DNA of 64,000 nucleotides from Bigelowiella natans CCMP2755. Taxonomy: Eukaryota; Protista; Cercozoa. Location of the stretch: assembly GCA_000320545.1 (NCBI GenBank), contig ADNK01001077.1, positions 8,759 to 72,758 of the forward strand, given 5' to 3'. The position numbers and the translations under genes were made by a program. Within the stretch, counting starts at the first letter, position 1; every line of letters begins with the position of its first letter. The notes under the pieces are model-generated. The model searched no databases. It saw nothing but the letters and a program-made list of their open reading frames with translations, and was not told the origin of the DNA. Below, piece by piece: positions 53,400-64,000 of this stretch.

Positions 53400-54800
53400 T
53401 GATGCATGGCTTGAGTATTTTTCCATAAAAACACATCGCGTTGCTAGATTGTGATGATATTATCTAGCAATAGACGCTTGCGCAGATGAAGCAGAGACAA
53501 TGCAATGCACACTCCATGCAATGTTGCCATGTCTAGTGCCTCTAGGTCTCCATTGAGTGCCCCCCTCTCTTCAAGACCAAAGACACCATTGCTACTCTTA
53601 CCTAGTTACGCACTGCTAGACTGCTGGACTGTTGTGGACACAACAACACAACAGATGATGAACACCATGTGTGGCTTGCATCGTCGCCTGCCTAGCTGCC
53701 CAGTTGCTCTAGCTAGCTAGTGCTGTCGCAGGGCGCACAACGGCGTCCCAGTCTTCTAGTCTTGTGGAACTGGCTAGCTGGGGGCCGCATTTCAGTGCGC
53801 CCTACGATGCCTAGCAGCTAGCGCCGTGCAAGTTCGGAAGCAGCGGTTGCATCTGGGGCTCCCTGACTGAATGCTGTGTGCGAATCGGGGCTAGGGGGTG
53901 TCGGTGCCAACGCGCTAGCATGGCGCGTGCCAAAACACTGACCATGCTACAATGCTAGCATGGCTACGATGTCGCGATCGAAATGCTAGAATGCGCAGGT
54001 GGCGCACAGAAGCTAGAGAAGGCTACCCACGACCTCGCGGAGAGGGATTTTGTGACCTCGGCCGCGTCGGCTGGCTAGCTGGTGACGGCAACTGGGTGAA
54101 TGCGTCGAGAGAGGTTTGCTAGTTTGTCAGCCTTTTGTTGGGGTCGTCCGGTGCGTCCTGTCTAGCTGTCTGTGTCTGCAGCTGCGTGGATGATCCAATT
54201 CCTGAAGACAAATCGTTTGAGAACGACTTCACTAGCTCAATGTGTTGCGCCTAAGATGTGTTTATCGCGATGTCGCTTCTAGTGATTGGCACACCGACGC
54301 AGGTCGCTGAGGTCTTTGATCGACGTTGAACTTGCTAGCTTGGAGTGCAGTTGAACCAGCCAGCCAGGGTCCAGAGGGTGTCCGCCTTGCTAGCTTGGAG
54401 TCCCAGTTGGATTGTTGCCAGAATGGCGTCGTCGACGCACACCAGTGGGATGACGACTTCGATTGGGATTTTCGGGTTCACTTTGGTGCAAATGCACGGG
54501 TCAGCACCAGGGCATGCTGGCATGTGAAGCGCGAAGTGTGACAGAAATCCGAACGACTTGACCGTTGAATCGAGGGTGAGGTCTGTTGGGTGCCACTTGC
54601 GGCCAGCTAGCCAGCTTGCTAGCTCTAGAGCTTGGTACAGTCCGCAAAGGGCCTTGTTCATTTACCAGACGTAACCGTTGGGCACAGAGACTCCTTGCGG
54701 TGGCTGAACCCATGGAGGTGTGCGGCCAGAATGTGAACGTTGTCGTCGTCGTTGTCAAAGTTGTTGTTGGTGTTGCACAAGAGAGACCGCAACTCCATGA
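53400..54800. other. TpA-depleted, CTAG-retaining island containing a retrotransposon relic
   Basis: TA occurs mostly as CTAG or CTAC. Lies between the TLC stop codon and the HAD start codon. Confidence 0.85.
53990..54710 (-). mobile_element. Degenerate Ty1/copia LTR-retrotransposon reverse transcriptase fragment
   Basis: Motifs in copia order: QPPQG..PNGYVW*MNKALCGLYQA[insert]GRKWH, GF...ADPCICTK, LVCVDDAILA, IKDLSDL, AQHIE..VLKRF, PLREVVGSLL. Stops and frameshifts present; no LTRs recognised. Confidence 0.85.
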
Positions 54801-54939
54801 AGTGTCAGATTTTTCCAGGATAATTTCTGTGCAACCAGAAAGTTTGAAAACTGGCAAGGATTTTTTTGGACATTTCCTTGTCGCAAATACAAAACAAAGG
54901 CAAATTTGTTGTCCTTCGGCTAAAATCCAAGCTGCGACA

Positions 54940-56694
54940 ATGCGCCGCCCTCCTCCCCCCTTCCACCTGCTAATACTATTGGCCCCTCTTGCTCTTTTCG
55001 TCTTATCTACCAAGAATATTGGAGCAGGGTTAATTACTAACTCTGTTAGGAGCAAGGGGCTGGTGAAGATGAATACAGCTCTAAGCAGTGCTCGAAACAA
55101 GCTTCATTGGAGAGAAAGATGGGGGGGTACTACTGTTCTCCCCCCTCATTCAAGCACTGCCTTTTACGGAAGACAAGTTCTCTCTCCAAAGTCCATGTTC
55201 TCGATCGAAAACGTTCAGAAGTTCATCAGTGCTGATGCGGTGGGTAGAATGGGTGTAGTGTGAGATATCCAGGCAGTTTTATATTGAAAGGGTTGTTAGC
55301 TTTCTTCTCTGAAACCAACTAATAATCCAAACGGATAGAGGATGAAATCACACAATTTGGTTTAATATGAAACATGAATTTAATATGTTGTGTATTCATT
55401 AACAACACAGTGGAAATCCGAGGCGAAGATGATGGTAGATAGGTTGCTTGACCGTGACGTGGAGAAGTTTGCAGGTATGCTGCTGCTGTTTAATCATCAA
55501 GATATTAACCACGAGGATGATGACCTACGATAACTACTAATTATGAGTGATTTATGGTACACTTCATTGTGTGTATGTGAAAGAGAAGATGAATGAACCT
55601 GGGTGTTTGTTTTTCTCTCTCCCTCCACAAATGGCAGATGGTGAGATACTGCAGCACCCTACTCTCGGCGAAATGGAGGTGGTGACGATCATCATTATCA
55701 TTTGGCATTACCCATTCATTCACCTAGTTTTCTGTTGCTGTTTCAAAGTCTAATGTTACTCAATTAATCTGAATAATGATAAATATAATAAAAATGATAA
55801 TGAAATATGATGTAATTTGTTTTATCTAACACACGCCTAAAAATCTACATAACATATTTTTATTTATGTGTTTATTTTTAAGTTTTGAATTTGATTTTTC
55901 TTAGGTGGTATATCTTACCGCTCCAAAACGGGGAGGAAGCAGGAGAATAGGCCCGTTTCTAAGGCCAACCAAGATTTCTAGTGACGACAGTCTCCCACAT
56001 AATCATCGAGAGAAGCAGATCAATCGTCTTCTTAAGGAAAAAATCGGCTTCGATCACGAGTAGGTTCATATTTACGGAAGGATGCAACAGACAGCATATA
56101 TACAACAGATCATGCTTTCATTGTCGTGGAGAAAGAAATCGATGGCATATGATGATGATGATGATGGTGATGATGACACTATTCTTCTTCTTCGTCTTCT
56201 CTCGTGTTTAGGTACTACATAGGAGGCTCTGCTCGTAAAGCCGTTATTGCGCTAGACTTCGATGGAGTTCTAATTGACTCGGTAATAATAGCTCCCCCCC
56301 CTCCCCCCCCCTCTCTCTCTCTCTTAGTGTGTATATGTATATGTATGTGTGTGTGTGTGTGTGTGTGTGTGCTCCTGAACATGTACTTGTGTGTTGTTGT
56401 TATTGTCATTGTTGTTGTTGTTGTTGTGTATCACCACATTCTTGTGTGTAGGTACCAGAGAGCTCAGAGACTGCTTGGCGTACGGCGGAAAAAATTTGGC
56501 CAGAATTGTTAGTTGCTAATTAACTACTTAAGAGAGAAGAGAGGGGTCGTTATTACGTTATATAATAGGTAAAGATAACAATAATCCACATCAGTTAGTG
56601 GAAAGATTTACGTAATAATGCAAACTGGAAGAGGAAAACAGTTTTGGTGAAACTGAAGTGTAATACAGTGTAAATATGTTCTGTGTGTTGCGTG

Positions 56695-56725
<31 letters not shown>

Positions 56726-56861
56726 GGCTTAAAGATTTACAAAAGAGATAAACGAGAGAAAAGCGGACATTATGGATCAGATGAGAGAGGTAAATAAATC
56801 CAATACCTACTACTACTACCTCTGCATGCGGCTTGAGCACATCCTCCGTACTTCAGCGCAT

Positions 56862-56912
<51 letters not shown>

Positions 56913-57102
56913 CTCGTGTGTGTGTGTGTGTGTGTGTGGATTGGCTTATTCCACGAACGATTTCGATAAATCCCAATAATGATGATGATCATCTCACCAA
57001 TGATGGTTGATGGATCTTACATCATGGATATGAATAAAAGGTGAGACCTGTTGTGGAGACTGGTTACGAAAATCCTGTTCTATTACGTGTGCTCGTTGAA
57101 GG

Positions 57103-57137
<35 letters not shown>

Positions 57138-57157
57138 TTTATCATCTTTATCATCAT

Positions 57158-57189
<32 letters not shown>

Positions 57190-58121
57190 AAAATGAACAT
57201 CATAGGAATTGCCACCGTTGAGGATATCATGCAGTTCTGGTCTCGAGATATACTACCACAGTGCATGGAAACATGGGGTATTATCATTATCATTATTATT
57301 ATTTTTTTTATTATTATTATTATTATTGGTGGTAGTGGAAGGAGTAGTAGTAGTGAGAAGAAGAAGGATTAGAAAGATAGTTTGAGTAGCTATGGTAATG
57401 ATAATGATGATGATGCCGATGATGATTATGGTTTGTGCTAAATGCTATGTCGCTTAAGACAAATTGTCGTAGAAACAATGAATTGATGCTGCACGCACTA
57501 GTAATCGTTCACTACTCGATAATGTGGGTGCTACTGCTGCAAAGGGAGGGGGGAAACGAATGCTTTCTTCTTCTTCTTTTATGGCTGCTACACCTATTTA
57601 ATTATAACACATCACACTTGATATTACTATCACGATTACTACTTTTACTGATTTTACTCACACGTGTTCGTATTTGCCATATGGTAAGAATACGTAGTAA
57701 TTAGCAAATATTCATTAACTAGCCCGATACTCGTTTGAATGTGTATTGTCATCGTGCGTTGATAGTACTAGTCAATGATTGATTGACATGTATACATCTT
57801 GTTTTATTATAGGCCTCAACCGTGCGGATTTAGTGCATACTTTTGGGTTAGAAAGAGACGATTGGATAGAGAAACACACAAGGTAGGTATTTGTTTGTTA
57901 GGTGCTACTGCATGCTCATGATCATTACAGTATCAACAACAGCGTCATCATCATCATCATCATCATCGTCATCGTCATCTATTAAATAATATCAACAAGG
58001 GAGTGGCTAGCTACAAACAAAGCATACTACAACATTCGATTTGCTCTTCAAAAAGTAAGAAACTACCTGTTATTATTTATTTATTATCACGTTACTACTA
58101 CGACTCCCCTTCCTCCTACCT

Positions 58122-58164
<43 letters not shown>

Positions 58165-59229
58165 TACCTCTTAACTACAATCAATCACAAAACTACGACG
58201 AAGCACGCAAGATGATGATGCAATTATAGTAGTAGCATGATATTGTCATTTGATTTATGGTTACGTGATCAATTAATGATACTGTTTTCTACTGATTAAA
58301 GGCTATAGACCGGCATGATGTGTACATTGTGACTACAAAGCAAAAACGATTCGTGGAGAAGGTGCTGTTTAACATTATAATCATTATCATTGCCATCACC
58401 ATCATCACCATCATCACCATCATCATCAATGTTATTCTGCAAGAAAGCTTACTTTGTTCTTATCGATACCGTTTTTGTTGTTGTTACCTGATTCGTAGCA
58501 AGTAGCAGTAACATATATTCATGCTTACTCGGTGTTGTTGTACCCCGAGTAGTTGTCCTTTTTCTTGATTACATGATAACATATTTTACCACTTGTAGCT
58601 GCTTCAAGAGCGCTTGTTCATCGATTTTCCCTCTGAAAATATCTTCGATACGAGTCGTGGTACGTGTGATAGTAATGGCAAACAATCGTGCAGATAACAC
58701 CTGTAATCATAATCATCATTATCATCACCATCACCATTGTTATCATCGTCATCGAAACCAATATGAATATGATCTTATGTTCTCTCTATTTGTGCATGAT
58801 GATGATGTCAAACAGGCCTCGCAAAAGGTGAGATCTTGCGGCGTCTTGGAGAGCAACATCCAGAGGCCTCACGTTTGTGGTTTATAGAAGATAAATTGAC
58901 GACATTGCTAAAGGTAGTAAGTAGATGATGCAAGTGGTGACTAGATGTTGTTGCTGCTTCTGTCCTTAATTTATGAATAATTTGGGTAGATTTTTTGATT
59001 TATTGAGATTGATATATTACAAAAGGTTGAGCTACTACTACTACTACCTCCAATATCATATCCATTAATGCTGATTTGGATGCTAGTTTAAAGCTTGGCA
59101 TACTGACAAACATCACCGTATATATTGTATATATATTGTATATCAATATAAATAATACAGGTGTCAGCAGATCCAAAGCTGAGAAATTGGACCTTATGTC
59201 TAGCAGATTGGGGTTACAACACAGAGGTA

Positions 59230-59279
<50 letters not shown>

Positions 59280-59477
59280 GTGTGTGTGTGTGTGTGTGTG
59301 TGTTTAGTTTGCAAAATGTGGTGGCACTTACTTTTTGTATGGTATACTCATTAAATTTCTGAATTATTACTAGGATGAAAGACAAATTGCGTGGGATGAT
59401 GACAGAATCAAGTTGTTAGACCAGGTTTCTGTCGCTATCTTTGCATCTTTGAGTTGTACTAGTAGTAATGCTATATC

Positions 59478-59517
<40 letters not shown>

Positions 59518-59687
59518 ATGATGTATTTAAATTAGGGGTATGGAGGGTTGATCATAACGATGTTCTTAGTGACATAATCTTCTTTCATTATTCACATCAT
59601 CATCTATCTTTCCTTCTGTATTAGGGAAACGCAATAGTCCTTCTTGGGGAGACTTATACAGATGCATCCTACAAAGAGCCAAAGTGA
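54940..59687 (+). CDS. HAD-superfamily hydrolase (cyanobacterial/plastid type) with a bipartite targeting presequence
   Basis: ALDFDGVLIDSVPESSETAW, RPVVETGYE, YIVTTKQKRF, FIEDKLTTL and LADWGYNT. N-terminal hydrophobic signal followed by an R/S-rich extension. Stop at 59685-59687. Confidence 0.88.
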
Positions 59688-60259
59688 TGACTCATCATAC
59701 ACTCACGACTCCTTGCTAGAGATTGATAAGCTAATTAGTGATAATGCTATAGAAACTCCATCAATTAAGTTTATTTATGATATTCTGAAGAAAGTGACAC
59801 AAATGCGAAAACAGTGATTAACAACACTGCCAAAGATACAATACAGCCCAAATGCTTCATCTAAGTTTTTAACCACGTGCTTATATTGATCTGTGGTAAT
59901 ACGAGGGGTTGATAGTTGGTTTGTTATCATCATCGTCATCACCACATTATGAGTCAACATACTCTTCAAAAAAGAGGTCATCACTAATAATTTGTTCGTA
60001 GTTACGCACGGCCGCTGAAGCTTTGGGAAAGACATGCCAATGATCATGAGCGGCTGAACGAAATTCCGCACGCAATTGCGAGAATGGATCGTGGAGAGGA
60101 GACTGAGGACGATGTAAAGCTTCTCCAAACGACCCCAAAGCGCTTCTTTAAGGGTTATACATTAGCGGAGGACGATTCGATTTTGAGATAGATGAAGTGA
60201 GTAGCAATGATTGATATTGATGGTGTTTAGTACGGCCACGACGGCAACAGTGAGAGATT

Positions 60260-61430
60260 CTACCAGCATGCATGTGCCAAGTCATGCAAACATCATCGAT
60301 CACGCCAAGTAAAATTCAAAATTAAAGTTTGGAAACTTGATGAGCCCTGATTGACTTACCGGCTAGCTACTAGCTAGCCGGGCACGAACATTTGCACTTT
60401 TGATTCGTCTTATGCATGCGTGCAAGTACTTTAGCACGGTCTACTTTCCCCACGAGATCCGGACTTGCTAGCATGGCAGATGGCGTCGCATGTGCTAGTG
60501 TGGAATGGAACTTCATGCGAACTCATGGACAGATCTAGAGATGCGATGGACACGAAAAACATGCTAGTATGTCTAATTCCATCTTCGCGAACATTCCATG
60601 TCATGCACTGTGCGATGCTACGAGCAATCCACCTAGCAATCACTTGTTGGTTTTGCCATGTGAGTCCCAGATTCTGGAAGCTGCAACTTTTCAATCGAGC
60701 GCACCACGCACTTCCAGACTTGCACAAACGGCGCAAGCTAGCAAGTGAGCGATGGCAACCAAATCTGTCGATTGCTGTCGTAGACGTGAATTGCACTGCC
60801 ACCGACTGGCCAAATTTGGCCAATTCTGTGTCGATGTTGCGTTCCAACGTTGTGCACACACCATGGCCCTCACTCTGCACTCGCTGGCTCGTCGCGTCGT
60901 GTGCAACGAACAGCCTTGCAGTTTCAAGAAATGAATCGAACGTCGGTCACGAACGTTGAACTTTGCTTTGTTGCTGGCTAGCTGGCTTGTGGCTGCGAAG
61001 ATCAGAGGAGACATGGGAAAGCAAGCACTTTGCACACATCGCAACAGGGCCCACAACAAAAGCGTTGCGAGTCACAGCAAGGACCAAAGGACACGTTGAC
61101 ACCCCACTAGCCCACTTGCATGTGGCCCAGCTCACAACTGTGGACAACAGCAGCGAGCCAAGATGGCAAGAATTGCATCGAGCTAGCGAGGGTGATGTGT
61201 TGTCAACTCAGCAGTTGGTCGGTTTGTCTGCCTTCGTTCAATCACGCACTCTGGCACTGCACGTTGCTGCATCTGTTTCATCGTCAATTGAAACTGGGCT
61301 GTCAGGCTAGCAGGGTGAATGGATGAACAAGTGAAGGGGGGATTCCACGATGTGAAATGTGAGCAATTTTTGGTTTTGGAAGTGCCTCTCTCATAGGTGA
61401 TTTTGTACATTGCGACAAGATTTAAATCAT
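60260..61430. other. TpA-depleted, CTAG-retaining intergenic island
   Basis: Hand count 60601-61380: 8 TA, of which 6 CTAG, 1 CTAC and 1 GTAG. Confidence 0.88.
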
Positions 61431-61941
61431 GTCGCATTTGGAGAAACGACGGTACTAATGCTTCGACTGTAACTTCGGTGAAACTACTCGCACGATCCCA
61501 GCATCAGTCCACCCCTCGGCCGACTACAATTCCTAACATTATTCGAGAAGGAGAAGGAGTTGGGGAAACATTGGTTCACGCTCCTGGGAGACACCAAGGA
61601 AGATGTCAGCAGCACTGAGGGCAGCCAGTGCAACCACTGCGTAAGCTTTATTATGCCTTCTCCTCCTACTCATTCATCAGCTGCTGCTGTGATAGTGGTG
61701 GTGGTGGTGGTGATGATGGTAGATTTATATGTGTGTATGAGTGTGCGCGCGCGATTAGTTAGTATTCAAGTGGACAGAGTTACAAAGTGAGTGTTATATC
61801 GTCGCTAAGGTGGTGATGACTGATACTGATTACAAAAAACTGCCTACTACTACTATTACTACTACTACTATGCAAATGCAGGGTCATGGCAGCCAGAAAT
61901 AACAATGCAGGAGAAGGTCAATCTGCGAGCACTGACAATAC

Positions 61942-62051
<110 letters not shown>

Positions 62052-62524
62052 AGTGTTGGTCTGTATAATATATTTAGGCTAGAAAAGAACGATTTGGTCT
62101 CCATGGGTTTAAAGAAAATAGGTATCATGATGACGGAAGATTATAACGCAAGATTGCTACGTACATATGAACAGGAGATGATGAAGCAGCAGCCTTGACA
62201 TTTATTCTTTTTGGAGTCAGATGATGGACATTTTTGAATTTTGTTATTGTCCAAATTTTTCTTTGAAAGGCTTTAAGCTATTGTTTGTTAAAACCATACT
62301 ACTCCGAAGAAGAAAACAAATTTTACCATCTCACTCATTCACTTACTTCGTGTGGTAAAAGAGGCTGAGAAACTCCTCCTGCAGAGTTATACACCAAAGA
62401 TTACATCCTATGCCATTTTGGAATATCAAGATTGTATTAGTGCCTACAGCATGTTGACCATCGTAGTTTTCATCAATTATGACTATGTGCTGTACTCCTT
62501 CCTATATTGTCTTTTCACCAATAG

Positions 62525-63097
62525 GAGTGGTGTGCATGACTTTGGATTTGCGAGACCAGTACAAACCTCCAAAGAACAAGATGCGAGCTGATTTGGTGAG
62601 CATCATGAAATAGTACGATGAATGCAGAGAATAGCCAAAAAATAGTCAACAAAGCTGCTACCCTGCTTATTCGTATATCATTCTCAGCACAACCCATAAG
62701 TTGTATTGCTTTTACCATAAAAACAGCAAAGTGTAGCCGCTCTCCATCGATGGAAGGTAACGAGCATATTGTCTTAATCACGTCACAAACATTCTAAACA
62801 CCCATATTAGTAATTCGTAAATATCAACAAATGTCAGCATAATACGTATCATAGGCATCACATTGGTTGTGTAGGTCTACATATTCGGATGATATAAATA
62901 TGTTCAAATTGCGGAGAGTGTGTAAACATTTGTGAAAACGATCTTACTACCAGATGGTGAACGAAGGAAACGACTTTCATTTGGAATGGTATGAGCCGGA
63001 ATTAGGATATAGAAGGTAGTAGTACTAGTAGTAAGTAGTAACAGCAGCACGATCGTAGCGACAGCATATACGGTGTCAATTGCCCTTAGCTGAAATG

Positions 63098-63137
<40 letters not shown>

Positions 63138-63525
63138 ACACGCAAACCACACTACAAAGACACGCACAGCATTCATTGAGGAAGGTGCTTATCTTTCTTC
63201 TCTATAGGAGCCCTCCGTTGGCCAAATATGATGCAAATCAAGATGTCGCTGTTGATACAAAAGGAAGAGTCTACCTAGTGCCGGTTGGTTGCTGTGTACT
63301 GCTTTGTGCGTTTATAGTATATGAATCAGACAGTTATATGTATAATGTAACATAGTTGTAGTATGCAGCTATTGGATATGTGAATGATGAAGTTTAATTT
63401 ACTCATGTGTATATTATATAATGTATATTATATCATTTTAGGATAGAGAAAGACAACGAGGGCAGACGATGAAGGAGCTCTTAGCTCATGTTAAGAAGAT
63501 GAAAACGTTAACCTGGAAACATGAG
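62525..63525 (+). CDS. Partial multi-exon hypothetical protein (may start near 61.6 kb and continue downstream)
   Basis: AG..GT-bounded segments join in frame (VVCMTLDLRDQY...FHLEWSPPLAKYDANQDVAVDTKGRVYLVPDRERQRG...) if a 36-nt intron at 62918-62953 is assumed. Confidence 0.45.
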
Positions 63526-63783
63526 GTACCACTGCTATTACTACTACTTATGTGTATATAAAATTAGTCTGAGCATGTTAAGTATTGATAGTAGTAGTAA
63601 TGACACTTTCACCAACGACTTCAAATATCGTAGCAGCAGTACCCTTTTACATTTATCGTACAATTGATGCTGCTGCATTTTTGGAAGAATCATACTTCAT
63701 ATCAGAGTCAATATATATTTTGGAAACGTGGAATATATGTCACGTTCATGTATAGAATGTGCCGATGATGAGGGTCATGTTTG

Positions 63784-63928
<145 letters not shown>

Positions 63929-64000
63929 TCAACATGCCCCCCCGAGTGGGCGATTCTATATATGAGCGCGAGATATATACACTGTGTCGTAAATATATAT

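Noticed and set aside
59775-60200. Short minus-strand ORFs
   Set aside because: No clear ATG, splice model or recognisable family.
62098-62198. SAM-like LEKNDLVSMGLKKIG segment
   Set aside because: Too short, and could not be joined reliably to neighbouring exons.
62901-62990. LIM-like CxxC...FHLE pattern
   Set aside because: The two halves are in different frames. A short intron model explains the region better.

Overview
Eukaryotic nuclear DNA with no operons, rRNA, tRNA or CRISPR seen. A bipartite plastid-type leader and divergent multi-pass membrane genes suggest a secondary-plastid alga, possibly a chlorarachniophyte (inference). About 14 intron-rich genes have tiny exons separated by AT-rich, microsatellite-filled introns. 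They include an ACOT11/12-like thioesterase (two hotdog domains plus START) with a PDZ domain inserted inside the START domain, a SPRY protein, a UBA+Tudor protein, an atypical Rho GTPase, two membrane proteins, a NAGPA-like glycosidase, a TLC-like protein and a plastid-type HAD hydrolase. The most striking signal is compositional. Most longer intergenic spacers are about 50% GC islands from which TpA has almost vanished except within CTAG (hand count for 661-2640: 16 TA in 1980 bp, 15 of them CTAG), while introns nearby are full of (TA)n. A decayed Ty1/copia RT in one island gives the direction: conserved Tyr codons are now Cys or His (YVDD to CVDD, KALYGL to KALCGL), and a CTAG-rich insertion splits a motif. 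This looks like a RIP-like but opposite-direction (A:T to G:C at 5'-TAH-3') mutational process acting on DNA between genes. Gene models and counts were made by eye, and several 5' ends are unresolved.
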